The notes under the pieces: generated by a model
The model's input: only the letters and a program-made list of their open reading frames with translations
Told to the model about the DNA's origin: nothing
Database searches by the model: none
Program-made: the position numbers and the translations under genes
Assembly: GCA_963754875.1 (NCBI GenBank)
Contig: CAVWHO010000010.1
Coordinates: forward strand, 224,001-288,000
Direction of reading: 5' to 3'
DNA from: Nitrospirota bacterium
GTDB taxonomy: Bacteria; Nitrospirota; UBA9217
Length of the DNA stretch: 64,000 nucleotides
Shown here: piece after piece, positions 53,953 through 63,907 of the stretch
How positions within the stretch are numbered: the stretch's first letter is position 1
Layout of the letters: every line of letters starts with the position of its first letter

Positions 53953-54510
53953 ATGAAGAATTTGAGCAAATCGCAAAAGTACGGTCTTTCTATTATTGTT
54001 GTCCTGGTGAGCTTGACGTTGTTGGCTTCAATACAGGCTTTCGCATTCGAGGCACAGAAGCCTGGTGATGGTGGCAGGGACGCAGACCATCCCCGCTGTT
54101 GTGATCGGGCCATGTCATGCCATGGGGCCGGAAAATGGCAAGCGGGAATGCACCATCATAAGCAGCATCGCATATGGTCTGCTCTTAAGAAACTCGATCT
54201 CACAGATGGCCAAAAATCTGCGTTTCAGGAGATCAGGATGTCAATGAAGAAGGACATGATTAGAAAACGCGCAGATCTCAAAATCGCACAAATGGAACTT
54301 CACGAACAGCTCCACAAGGACACCGTGGACATGAATGTTGTCGAATCGCAGGTTAAAAAAATCGAGGGTTTAAAAGCCGCGATGATACTTAATGCAATAA
54401 AGTCACGGGAAGAAATTAAATCTAAGTTGACGCCTGACCAGCGGAAACATTTAGTTGATCTCATACAAGATTCACACCAATCTCCTGATCGCCTTCACCA
54501 GGAAGGGTAG
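53953..54510 (+). CDS. Spy/CpxP family periplasmic protein
   Basis: Signal peptide, LDLTDGQ and LTPDQR (LTxxQ) motifs. Confidence 0.85.
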   Translation: MKNLSKSQKYGLSIIVVLVSLTLLASIQAFAFEAQKPGDGGRDADHPRCCDRAMSCHGAGKWQAGMHHHKQHRIWSALKKLDLTDGQKSAFQEIRMSMKKDMIRKRADLKIAQMELHEQLHKDTVDMNVVESQVKKIEGLKAAMILNAIKSREEIKSKLTPDQRKHLVDLIQDSHQSPDRLHQEG

Positions 54511-54544
54511 ACCGGAATTTATCAAGCTGAGAAGCAGGCATCTA

Positions 54545-54593
54545 TTGGGCACGAGTCTCTGCTCTTGCATGAGAATCGTGCCCAACTTTTTTT
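54545..54593 (+). terminator. Rho-independent terminator
   Basis: TTGGGCACGA...TCGTGCCCAA stem followed by a T-run. Confidence 0.7.
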
Positions 54594-55110
54594 AAGTCCT
54601 TTCGCTGCATCCCTGTCAGGTTATTTTGCTACAATTACAGTACTATCGCTAAATCGTTCCTGTTGAACAGCATCATCATCGCGCTCCCGCGTCAATTCAG
54701 CCCCAAAATCCAACTCTCTATTGATACAGTAATCAGCTGCAGGTCAATTTTCAAGCAGATAGAATCAACTCTTGCCGCATCATTCTTCTAAAGAGAATCA
54801 TTCCAGTGCGTTGTAGTCAATTCTCGGATGACAGTATGTCGAATCACTGATTGTCGGACGTTGACGCTAATAGCAAAATGGGTTAAGATGAAACGTTGCA
54901 GAAGCCCAAAGGAGAACAATGCAAAATTGAAGCCCTCATTAAATAATTCATCCAGAAACGGTAATTGCAGTGCAGCAAACTAACGCAAGGCAGAGAGATT
55001 TCTATACGGTGGTTAGTATCGGACTGTCGAGCGCCATTTGAGTAGAATTATTGCAATGCAGAACGTCTCTTATATGTGATTTACGTTGACAGAGGAAAGA
55101 AAGGCATGAC

Positions 55111-55512
55111 ATGAATTGGAAAAACACAAAGCTTCAGAGATACTTATACTTCACCAGTGCAGTCATTCTGCTTGCCGGTTTGGGCAGTGCCATCATGATT
55201 TATCGGGCAGCTGTGAATGACCCGGACGGCAAATCGGGTTATGAAATCGTCGGTGGATTTGTATATTCGTCTACGGGTGAAAATACCAAGAAGTACGTAC
55301 ATGATTTGCAAGTCTATGGCGGAAATGCAGCTGTGCTTTTAGACGAGTTCACGCGCTGGTTTGATGGATTATGGCGAGGTGAATCACTCGCGTTCACCGT
55401 TGCCTGGATGACAATTATTCTCTCTCTCGGGATTTTTTTGATTGCTAAGAAATTGCCAATCCTCTGGCATTCCAGCGCCCACAGTGAAAACACGGAGGAT
55501 GGGACCAAGTGA
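55111..55512 (+). CDS. Hypothetical 2-TM membrane protein
   Basis: Two hydrophobic segments flanking KKYVHDLQVYGG. Confidence 0.65.
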   Translation: MNWKNTKLQRYLYFTSAVILLAGLGSAIMIYRAAVNDPDGKSGYEIVGGFVYSSTGENTKKYVHDLQVYGGNAAVLLDEFTRWFDGLWRGESLAFTVAWMTIILSLGIFLIAKKLPILWHSSAHSENTEDGTK

Positions 55513-55537
55513 AGTAGACAGACCGGGCCGCAACCGG

Positions 55538-56026
55538 CTAAAACTTGTCCGCTTCAGCCTCCAGCACGGCAACAGGGATCAAGTATTTTCCGTTCTCCAT
55601 CCTGCCTTCTATCTTTATGGGAAAACAACTTCCCAGACCCTTTTTGAGATTATACACGGAAAACTTCATATCGCAGTGCCGGCACACGATGGAGCCATCG
55701 TCACAGCGATACCCCTGCTTGTGCGAATAGCAGCTTGCGCAGGCGTCGAGGAACGAGTTGACTCTGCCCTGGATATTGAGCACAAAGTAATTGATGTTTT
55801 TACCCTGGAAGTGATAGGTGTAGAATGTAGGGACTCCGGGCTCAAGATTCGTTGTATCGATGATGATGTTCTGACCCTTTTGTGCGGCGGGGGGATAAGA
55901 TGGGGAGCGCGTGCAGGAAACGGCAACCAGAATGATACCTGCAATCGTCAGCAGGGTCGAGAACGACATCACACGCAACAAAACGCCTGCGGTTCTGTAC
56001 CTGAGTGGTAAGTCACAAGTTGTCAT
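55538..56026 (-). CDS. DUF2318-like membrane-anchored Fe-S-containing protein
   Basis: DACASC...GY...CRHC...GSCFP Cys pattern. Confidence 0.8.
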   Translation of the reverse strand: MTTCDLPLRYRTAGVLLRVMSFSTLLTIAGIILVAVSCTRSPSYPPAAQKGQNIIIDTTNLEPGVPTFYTYHFQGKNINYFVLNIQGRVNSFLDACASCYSHKQGYRCDDGSIVCRHCDMKFSVYNLKKGLGSCFPIKIEGRMENGKYLIPVAVLEAEADKF

Positions 56027-56191
56027 ATGTTTATGATAAATTCTTTAATATATCTCTGTCAAGATCATTTGACGGAAGGCTGCAACCAATCCGGTCTGGA
56101 GGGAATAATTCCGTCCGACCGGCATGTACGCCCCGTTGGCGCTTCACGAAAGAATGACGGAAACAGTTTGAGAGCTTATATCTTCACGGTC

Positions 56192-57202
56192 TTAATAGTA
56201 TCCTTTCAGCGTAAAACTCAAGAACAGGATAGGCCAGGTAACAATAAGTGTAAACAGAATGATCAGCACGATTGACAGAACTGCCCATTTTTTCTGGGCC
56301 GTTAGAATGATGTCATGCAGTGATGGTATGTTTTTAAACGGCTCAACCAGGCCGGTACTGATTCCGAAGAATACGCCTCCGAAGAGCGTGATGTATAACG
56401 GATAACCAATAAAGTGATATCCTGACTGCAGAATGTCAAAAGGGCAATGGTGGGTCGGTATCTCATAAAAATAGAGAGAAATAAATGAAATAATTGCTGT
56501 AATAGATACGATGAAAAGCGAGAACGACACTACCGGAAAGACATACCGCAATATCCTGTTGTGATACCGTAATGTCAATGCGGCATTTACCAAGAAAAGA
56601 ATAATTGTGCTGTAAAACAGAGCCATAACCGGTTTGATGGGGAGGGAGGAAAGACCGCCTGCTACGCCGCTCCCGTTCTCGCTGAACAGAGCCCCACAGC
56701 AGGATGTTATGATATCAGGCTGCAGCCCCCTGAAATATTTCAGCTGAAAATACGCGTCGAGGAGGACGATGGGTGCTATAGGCAAAACCATCGCGTACTT
56801 GATTTTGACGAGCGGGTAGTCATCGGCTTTCTGATCGATGTAATTAATCGCAATCCAGATCGCTGAGGAAAATAAGATGATGATTTTTGTAAAGAGCACG
56901 TACCAACCGACAGGGTTAGCATTGAGAGAACCCGTCGCGCACATCGCGCCGATGAATAGACGGTGAATGTCGTCAACGGTATAGACGAAGAGGAGAGAAG
57001 AGAAAATTTCGAAGCCGAAGACATAATTCATAATGGTTGAAATCAGGTATGTTTTCCTTTCAAGGGCGAGCTGTGCAGAGGAACTGCTGCTGATGTTCCA
57101 CTTTGTTATGATCAATACCCCGAGAAAGGAAGCATAGATCATCATCGATGCGACAATAAACGAGCCCGCAATTAGGGAAAGGATTCCTGGGTGAAGTATC
57201 AC
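56192..57202 (-). CDS. Conserved multi-TM protein with Cys/His motifs
   Basis: GAMCATG, ITSCCG and PTHHCPF motifs between TM helices. Confidence 0.8.
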   Translation of the reverse strand: MILHPGILSLIAGSFIVASMMIYASFLGVLIITKWNISSSSSAQLALERKTYLISTIMNYVFGFEIFSSLLFVYTVDDIHRLFIGAMCATGSLNANPVGWYVLFTKIIILFSSAIWIAINYIDQKADDYPLVKIKYAMVLPIAPIVLLDAYFQLKYFRGLQPDIITSCCGALFSENGSGVAGGLSSLPIKPVMALFYSTIILFLVNAALTLRYHNRILRYVFPVVSFSLFIVSITAIISFISLYFYEIPTHHCPFDILQSGYHFIGYPLYITLFGGVFFGISTGLVEPFKNIPSLHDIILTAQKKWAVLSIVLIILFTLIVTWPILFLSFTLKGYY

Positions 57203-57885
57203 TGCACAACCACCTCTTTTACGATGCCGTCCCTCATCTCCACAATCTTATTGATAAACGTCTTTTCATAGACGATAGGATCATGAGAAGCAATAATGAT
57301 CGTTTTGCCCTCCCGGTTTAATTGCAGCATGATATGGATAAGGGTTTCAGAAAGCTTCGTGTCAAGATGCGCTGTCGGTTCATCGGCAAGGATGGCTTCC
57401 GGGTCGTTAATTAAAGCTCTGGCGATCGCGACGCGCTGCTGTTCTCCGCCGGAAAGCCGCTGAATTTTGAAGTCTTTTTTATGAAGGATATTCAACTTGT
57501 CGAGAAGGCCTTCCGCACGTTTACTTATATCGGAGATCGACCTCTCTGTTGGATAGAGCGGTAGCATTACATTTTCAAGGACGGTTACGCCCTTGATAAG
57601 GTTGAATTGCTGAAATATAAAACCGAACTCTTTGCGGCGTATCTTTGTAAGAAATCGTTCGGGAAGTTTTGCAACATCCCTGCCATTGATAATAATCCCA
57701 CCCTCTGTGGGGCGTGACATGCACCCCAGAAGGCTTAAGAGGGATGTCTTGCCAGATCCACTCGGCCCCTTTAGCACAACGATTTCGCCTTTATTGATTT
57801 CTATTGAAATATCCGATATCGCCTTTATCTCGTCCGGCATCCCCGGATTGTACACTTTCATGACGTGCTCGGTCTTAATCAGCAT
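57199..57885 (-). CDS. LolD/MacB-type ABC ATPase
   Basis: GPSGSGKTS, LSGGEQQR, ADEPTAHLD. Confidence 0.93.
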   Translation of the reverse strand: MLIKTEHVMKVYNPGMPDEIKAISDISIEINKGEIVVLKGPSGSGKTSLLSLLGCMSRPTEGGIIINGRDVAKLPERFLTKIRRKEFGFIFQQFNLIKGVTVLENVMLPLYPTERSISDISKRAEGLLDKLNILHKKDFKIQRLSGGEQQRVAIARALINDPEAILADEPTAHLDTKLSETLIHIMLQLNREGKTIIIASHDPIVYEKTFINKIVEMRDGIVKEVVVQ

Positions 57886-57986
57886 AGCAACGAGACCTCT
57901 TTTGTGATATGGCTATGGTTCCTCGATCTCTTATTCATCTATACTATACCTTCGTTGATACAGGCCTTCAGGGTCCTCGCAGCGTT

Positions 57987-59144
57987 TCAACCCCTCATGA
58001 CAACGTCCGGATCGGTGATGGCTGATTTCCAGGAGGGAATAATCGTACTCGCAACATAGGGGACGACGGTCAGAAAAAACAGTGTGAACACCTGATACAT
58101 GTCGAGGTACGGGATCAACCTGAACGAGGGGAATAGTACCGACCAGCCTTTCAACGCAGGCGCCAGAAGAAATGCACCAAGATAGAAAACGTGAACATAC
58201 GCTACGAGCAAACCCGTCAAAAATGATGCCAGCGAGAGGATGATGCCTTCCCAGAATTTTAATTCGAGAATATCCGATGTTTCCCATCCGAGGGCCTTCA
58301 GAATTCCTATCTCCTGTTTTTCTTCTGCGCTGAGCCCCGTTGCTTTATCCCACGCGAGAATGCAGAAGGCTATGATCGACCCAAAGAACATCGTAAGAAC
58401 CATTCCGCTCCTCCAATTGAATACAGTGTCATATGTCCTGATAATTTCACTTTTCATGATAGGGCGTGTGTCGGGCAGCATTTGCTTGATTTTGCGGGAG
58501 ATGGTAGCCGTTTCCGATGTATTATTAATCTGCACCACGATATCTGTTGCTGCGTTCGATGGCATTCCAAAGAGGCGCACGATATCCTCTTTTCTGATAA
58601 GAATAAGGTCATTGGTGAGCATATTCGACTCGGACGTGAATACACCGACTATCTGGAAGATTCTCCACGTGCCGTCGTTATTGGTGAGAACGATATCTCC
58701 CCCTATATCCGACAACTTCATATCGGCAACGCCTCTTCCTACGGTGCATTCCCCGTTGTGCAAAGGCATTCGCCCGTTCAGTAAGGTGAGTCCGTCAATA
58801 TGGTTGTCAATGCCGATTATCGTATAATTTCCCCGCGTGATAGTGTCATAATAATAGCCCCAATATCTCGGGACAATCCCGCGGATACCCGGAATATCTT
58901 TGATCCGGCGTATATACTCGGTCGGGATGAGGTCGTGCCTTCCCCCTGATACTTTTTGAATGATTAACTCCGGCGTCCCGTCGAGAACATGGAAAGCCTC
59001 TGTTTTGAAGGCTTGTGTAAGGAAAAGGATGGAAGCAATAACCGAAACAACGAGGCTGAAGATTACCACCAGCGAGAGGTTTTTGTATCTTCTCCTGAGG
59101 AGAGAGGACAGGGTGTATTCGAGTATTTTGCTATGCCGTCCCAT
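57987..59144 (-). CDS. FtsX/LolE-like ABC permease
   Basis: TM-periplasmic-3TM layout, EIGILKALGW, PSWKSAITDP. Confidence 0.88.
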   Translation of the reverse strand: MGRHSKILEYTLSSLLRRRYKNLSLVVIFSLVVSVIASILFLTQAFKTEAFHVLDGTPELIIQKVSGGRHDLIPTEYIRRIKDIPGIRGIVPRYWGYYYDTITRGNYTIIGIDNHIDGLTLLNGRMPLHNGECTVGRGVADMKLSDIGGDIVLTNNDGTWRIFQIVGVFTSESNMLTNDLILIRKEDIVRLFGMPSNAATDIVVQINNTSETATISRKIKQMLPDTRPIMKSEIIRTYDTVFNWRSGMVLTMFFGSIIAFCILAWDKATGLSAEEKQEIGILKALGWETSDILELKFWEGIILSLASFLTGLLVAYVHVFYLGAFLLAPALKGWSVLFPSFRLIPYLDMYQVFTLFFLTVVPYVASTIIPSWKSAITDPDVVMRG

Positions 59145-59235
59145 GATTTTATTCTTTCTCTATGGATCAATTTACGTCCAGGGCCGAAAGATTGATATTG
59201 TCAAACCATCCCGGACTGAAACGTCGCCTTTGCCG

Positions 59236-59556
59236 TCATCGATGGACTTTATTGCCTGCGCGGATCTCCGTCCGTTCATTCAGGTTTCCCGGAGCAATAA
59301 TAGAGCCAGCTGGAAAGTGGTCAATCGAGGAAGGGAAGTCTTGAAACGGTGAAAACAAGTCAGCCTGTGAAGGGTTCCTCGTATAGCGAGCTTCGGTCCA
59401 GACGGAAAAGTCCGTCAGCATGAGCTTCTTTACGATATCCTGCTTTGCCCGCACTTCCTCCTGTCTCGATCTTATGGTTGCCCGGCCCGAAACATACAAA
59501 AGCAAAAGTACAGCGATTTCCGCAATAATAAAGCTTATGAATACTTTGTGTTTCAT
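59236..59556 (-). CDS. Small membrane-anchored hypothetical protein
   Basis: N-terminal TM helix, LTD...TEARYTR.P and PFQD.P...HFP motifs; operon position. Confidence 0.65.
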   Translation of the reverse strand: MKHKVFISFIIAEIAVLLLLYVSGRATIRSRQEEVRAKQDIVKKLMLTDFSVWTEARYTRNPSQADLFSPFQDFPSSIDHFPAGSIIAPGNLNERTEIRAGNKVHR

Positions 59557-59608
59557 AACCTCAAACGTCCTGCATGATCCCGGCCCAGCGACCGTTTGCT
59601 GAAGAGCA

Positions 59609-60082
59609 TTAGGGGATGTCCAGAGCGGTGATTTCGTTAAATTGAAGCATTTTCTTTCCTCCGTGATCGCGCATGAAGGTCAGCGCCTCGCGTTTGCCTT
59701 TTACAGGGACGAGTTCTTTTCCCATCGGCCCCATCACATCGCTGCCCCGTATGAAGTAAACATCCTTTGCATCCATCATGTTCGTCGTATAATACTCGGT
59801 AATGTATGTCCCCGATATGTCTTTGACAGTTTTAGTATTGTTGTATCGAGATATATTGAAATAGTATTTGAGCAGATCCTTCGGACCGTCAAACACTGCA
59901 TAGGTCCCGTCCTGAAACACAATTTCCGCGGTCCATGACGGATACAGTGAAACGAACATCCCGCATACAGGGCACTTGTCTCCGGGTTTCGGCTTTATAG
60001 GCTCTCCTGCATACGATAAACCGGAAATCAGAACCGGACTCATAAGGACGAAAAACCATAACAAAAAGTTCCTCTGGGCCAA
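59609..60082 (-). CDS. NosL family protein
   Basis: CPVCGM, FDGPKD, GSDVMGPMG, F..DHGGK. Confidence 0.88.
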   Translation of the reverse strand: MAQRNFLLWFFVLMSPVLISGLSYAGEPIKPKPGDKCPVCGMFVSLYPSWTAEIVFQDGTYAVFDGPKDLLKYYFNISRYNNTKTVKDISGTYITEYYTTNMMDAKDVYFIRGSDVMGPMGKELVPVKGKREALTFMRDHGGKKMLQFNEITALDIP

Positions 60083-60094
60083 TGGAGTGCTCCT

Positions 60095-60240
60095 TCATTC
60101 CTCTATCTGATGTAGTAACGCCTCAGTGAACGACAGTATTCTTCCGCCATGCTTTTTTTGAAATGTCACTGCGTCGATCTTGCGACGGAAGGCGATTCTG
60201 CTCGTATAGCTCATGACCCCGGGGATATCGCTTCCCTTGT
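60095..60240 (-). pseudogene. Remnant C-terminal half of a third NosL-like domain
   Basis: GSDIPGVMS...AF...DA..FQKKHGGRILSF with no upstream CxxCGM. Confidence 0.6.
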
Positions 60241-60367
60241 GGGGCACACTCGACCGACCCAGACGCGCTATCTGCAAAGTTCACTCAAGAAATATTCGGC
60301 ATGTCCCTTACCAGATCGATGCGGATGGACCACACAAACCCAATTACCTATGACAAACGGTTGACGG

Positions 60368-60847
60368 CTAATGAAGTTCGCCGGACGCATCGTCCCGCGC
60401 GGCAGCGAGACACTCTTTCCAGGACGCGATCGTCCCGCCGTATTCCCCGATGAATGCGTCTGCAGCGGCCTTTGTCTGGAAGGCCCACTTGGGCCGTTGT
60501 GTCATCACGCCGCGTTTTCCGCCTCCCATGACCCAGACTGCTTGTTCCGCGTCGATGAGCATTCTGGTGTCGCGGTCCGCTACGAAGATTGACTTCACCG
60601 CTCGCCCCCGGTTCACATTCAATTCCAAGACCGCGCAGTGCAGGCTGCAGACGCCTACGACGGTCCCGTCTGCGTATTGGAGCAGCATCCGGCTGTACCC
60701 GTAGGCTTTTCTGTCCATACCGCAGTAGGCGCAGTCACGGTGCTCGTCGATATCGGCTTGGGCCATGGCGGACACCGCGGCAATGCAGAACGTAAGCACG
60801 ACGAACATCGCCGTAGCAGCTGATCGTTTCTTTATCACAGAAGTCAC
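60368..60847 (-). CDS. NosL family protein
   Basis: Signal peptide, CAYCGM, CSLHC, GVM, AF...EYGG. Confidence 0.88.
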   Translation of the reverse strand: MTSVIKKRSAATAMFVVLTFCIAAVSAMAQADIDEHRDCAYCGMDRKAYGYSRMLLQYADGTVVGVCSLHCAVLELNVNRGRAVKSIFVADRDTRMLIDAEQAVWVMGGGKRGVMTQRPKWAFQTKAAADAFIGEYGGTIASWKECLAAARDDASGELH

Positions 60848-60872
60848 TCCTCGTGGTGAATGGCTGTTGCCG

Positions 60873-61433
60873 TTACGGCAATCCGGCGAGAACGGATTGC
60901 AGCCGGACGCCGTCTTTATAATCCTCGTTCATCTGGACAACACCGTTGCTGTCTATGACTATCGTGCTGCCCATCGTGGCATGGTACAGGTTCAGCACGG
61001 TCTGCTGCGTATCAGCCAGTACCGTAAATCCCGAGCCGGCAAAGCCGTTCGAGATTTCCGCATTCCCTGCTTCGGCAGCGCTGGCCGAAACATAATCGAT
61101 TGCGAAAAACCGAACGGCCGGGAAACGGGGGATCACGACGTCCCGCATATTGCTCATATGGGTGTCGCAGGTAGGACACCACATCGTGAAATACAGGACC
61201 GTCCCTTGCACCCCGGCGGTCGCGACAACGGAAGAGAGTGTGACGTTGTTTCCCAGGGTGTCGGACAGCGTGAAGTCCGGGGCGAATTGGCAAACATCGG
61301 GTCCCGGGATGCCGCACTGGACAAGAGGACGCTTGTCAGCGCCCGACGGGTAGAGATCATCCAGCATATTGCCGCATCCGGCAAGAAAGGCCGGCACGAG
61401 CAGCAGTGACACAAGCATTCTAGCGGAAACCAT
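60873..61433 (-). CDS. Redoxin (AhpC/TSA/TlpA-like) lipoprotein
   Basis: Lipobox LAG-C, APDFTL, FTMWCPTC. Confidence 0.82.
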   Translation of the reverse strand: MVSARMLVSLLLVPAFLAGCGNMLDDLYPSGADKRPLVQCGIPGPDVCQFAPDFTLSDTLGNNVTLSSVVATAGVQGTVLYFTMWCPTCDTHMSNMRDVVIPRFPAVRFFAIDYVSASAAEAGNAEISNGFAGSGFTVLADTQQTVLNLYHATMGSTIVIDSNGVVQMNEDYKDGVRLQSVLAGLP

Positions 61434-62406
61434 AGCTGACTCCTACGGTATAGATATCGGTCGTTGGAAAGTTTTCTCCCCACCCGTTTTGACGAATTGC
61501 GTGGCTCCACGAACCACGCACGATCCAGTCACTATCCGTGCTTGAATAGGCAATGCCCCCTCCGACGGCGTTTTTTTGAAAACCGCTGTTTGGCTCCCGC
61601 TGGCCGGCAATGGTAGCATCCTCTTCCTGCAGAGAAGAAAACGATGCGGTTCCGGTCAGGGTGTCTCCGGCCGTCCCGATATAATAAATATAACTCAGGG
61701 ACACCGATGCGGACGTGCGATTCCCCAGTTTTTTCCGGTAGGGTTCCACGTAATTGCCGTATTCCCTGTTTACCAACCGATCGATGTACGTGCCATAGCT
61801 AAGAGCGAGAGAAGCGCTCCAGGGATGGAGTGTTTTCGAAATGAGAACATTCCCGTCCAGGCGGTAGAATCCTCTGCCTGTCACATCAAAACTGCTGCCG
61901 ACGTCGTCGTAGGGGGAGATGCCCGTCGGCACGAGCAAAGAAGGTCCGATCGTGACAGAAGGGACCAGGTCTTTCGGCTCGCGAATTTTCCATGCAGAGT
62001 TGTCGTCGAGGGCTTCGTACCAGAGATTCAACGACGTGTCGCCCAAACCTTTTGTACGGGAGGAAAGACCCGAGTAAGTATTGTCGTTCCAAACATAGGG
62101 GACGACGACGCTAGCCTGCCAGCGCGGGGCCAGACGCCGCGCATACCCGAAGTTCAGCCGCTCCTGGCGCAAATCAGATCCTTCGGGATCATGGGTGTAC
62201 GTTCCATGCTCGTTCCAAAAACCGTCATATTTTTCAAAATCAAAAGACATATCAACCATGGATTGATAGAACTTCGGCAGCACCAGTGTCGTTCCTCCTC
62301 CGCCGCCGCAGCACGAGCCGGCAAAGGCCGGCGGAGAAAAGAGGCAAGCGGCCCCCGCAAAGAGGGCCGCTATGATGACTGCACGTGATTGCCGTATGAT
62401 GTTCAC
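61420..62406 (-). CDS. Outer membrane beta-barrel with N-terminal Cys-Cys motif (COG4313-like)
   Basis: Signal peptide AFA|GSCCGGGGG, GLGD, PTG, amphipathic strands, C-terminal GVSYGF. Confidence 0.7.
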   Translation of the reverse strand: MNIIRQSRAVIIAALFAGAACLFSPPAFAGSCCGGGGGTTLVLPKFYQSMVDMSFDFEKYDGFWNEHGTYTHDPEGSDLRQERLNFGYARRLAPRWQASVVVPYVWNDNTYSGLSSRTKGLGDTSLNLWYEALDDNSAWKIREPKDLVPSVTIGPSLLVPTGISPYDDVGSSFDVTGRGFYRLDGNVLISKTLHPWSASLALSYGTYIDRLVNREYGNYVEPYRKKLGNRTSASVSLSYIYYIGTAGDTLTGTASFSSLQEEDATIAGQREPNSGFQKNAVGGGIAYSSTDSDWIVRGSWSHAIRQNGWGENFPTTDIYTVGVSYGFR

Positions 62407-62418
62407 TCGTTCACCGCG

Positions 62419-63303
62419 TCAATGGGAAGTCACGACGAATGTCTGATACGCGTTCGTGCCGGATGCGGCAGCGCCGTTCGTGGTCTTGTCCTGGCCGTTG
62501 ACCTGGAGTTTCACGTAAATGGTGTGCGTTCCAGCCGTCGCAAGGTCTGTTATCCCGGCGAGGGACCAGTGGCCGTTGCCGTTGTCGGTGCCAGAAACGA
62601 CATTCGATGCGAAGGTATTGTCTGCCGATGCCTGGACAGATATCGAAGTTACTGAAACCGTCCCCGTGGCATCACTCAACAGGGCGCCGGAAGATACCGG
62701 TACGAAGTTCATGCTCATGTCTTCGCCGTGCGAGATGTAAAGCATGAATGTCGGAGAAACAGCGCTGACCGGTCCGTCGCAGAACAGATAATATTTATTG
62801 TACTGAGTGCCCGACATACTGCTGACGATATCGTCGGGGCCGTACAACAACGCGCGGACTGTGTCGTTGCCCATTGCCATGTTTACGTCGGGCGTGAATG
62901 TCGTCGTTTCTCCGTTCACCGTTACCGCCATGTCCCACGTTCCCATGGTCGGGCCGGAAGCCATGAGATAATAGACGGTGCAATCGTACCTCCCGGGAGT
63001 ACCGGACTCCGCAACGCTGCCGATGGGCGTCGAGTGCATATCGCCATTCGTCATATGCATCGTGAGCGCAAGGGCAGGGGACAGACCGGTCGCGGGGCTG
63101 CCGTCGCTCTGTTTCGTGATATTGAGCTGAAATACGGTCTTTCCCTGGACAGGGGCATTCATGCCCGTGCCGGGGAGATATTGGACTTTATACGCGTTCA
63201 CGGTGTTGTTGTCAGATGATGATGACGACGTGCCGCAACCGGCGGCGGAAAAAACCGCAAGGCCGGCAATCACAAACACCAGCATTTTTTGTATCACTTG
63301 CAT
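62419..63303 (-). CDS. Met/His-rich lipoprotein with YtkA/FixH-like Ig domain
   Basis: SD GGAGG, lipobox AAG-C, MHMTNGDMHSTP, YYLMASG..GTW. Confidence 0.7.
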   Translation of the reverse strand: MQVIQKMLVFVIAGLAVFSAAGCGTSSSSSDNNTVNAYKVQYLPGTGMNAPVQGKTVFQLNITKQSDGSPATGLSPALALTMHMTNGDMHSTPIGSVAESGTPGRYDCTVYYLMASGPTMGTWDMAVTVNGETTTFTPDVNMAMGNDTVRALLYGPDDIVSSMSGTQYNKYYLFCDGPVSAVSPTFMLYISHGEDMSMNFVPVSSGALLSDATGTVSVTSISVQASADNTFASNVVSGTDNGNGHWSLAGITDLATAGTHTIYVKLQVNGQDKTTNGAAASGTNAYQTFVVTSH

Positions 63304-63339
63304 GGAGACTCCTCCTTGAATATTCAATATCGGTTATGG

Positions 63340-63831
63340 CTATGGTCGCTTCAGCAGCTCTTTTATTTCTTTTTCGTATATTGGGACGAATTCTTTGCCG
63401 AATCCCCGGTGAACGTATTGGATGATCCCGTCTCGTCCCACGATGACGCCCGTTGGCAGACCGGTCACGCGATAGGCTTCATTCACATCGCCTTTGTCGA
63501 GGAGGATCGGAAAGCTTACCGGGACTTTGTGCAGGAAGGCTTCAACGTCCTTTTGGGAATCGTCTACGCTGATGCCGATGACCTGAAAGCCGTCCTTGAC
63601 GAATTTTTTGTGCAACCCCTCAAGCGCGGGCAGTTCATCCCTGCAGGGAATGCACCAGGGCGCCCAGAAGTCCAGGAACACGACTGTTCCCTTGAACTGG
63701 TCGAGCGTCACAGTGTTGCCGTTCACGTTTGGAAGACGGAATGCCGGCGCTGCTGATCCTATCTGTCCCGGATAAGAAACAACCGGGAACAGGATTAACA
63801 GGCTGAATATGACAATAGTAGTTTTTATCAT
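63340..63831 (-). CDS. TlpA family thiol:disulfide oxidoreductase
   Basis: APAFRL, DFWAPWCIPC, GLPT. Confidence 0.92.
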   Translation of the reverse strand: MIKTTIVIFSLLILFPVVSYPGQIGSAAPAFRLPNVNGNTVTLDQFKGTVVFLDFWAPWCIPCRDELPALEGLHKKFVKDGFQVIGISVDDSQKDVEAFLHKVPVSFPILLDKGDVNEAYRVTGLPTGVIVGRDGIIQYVHRGFGKEFVPIYEKEIKELLKRP

Positions 63832-63891
63832 CCTTCTATTTCCACAAGGGTATTTCAGGCCAGCGGCAACCACCCTCGCCCGTCTGCCTTC

Positions 63892-63907
63892 AAAATAACG
63901 TTATTTT
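63892..63907. promoter_or_regulatory. Perfect 16-bp palindrome upstream of the NosL cluster, candidate operator
   Basis: AAAATAACGTTATTTT. Confidence 0.4.

Noticed and set aside
59609..60847. Nitrous oxide reduction (nos) operon
   Set aside because: Only NosL-family genes are present; no nosZ, nosD, nosF or nosY in the window.
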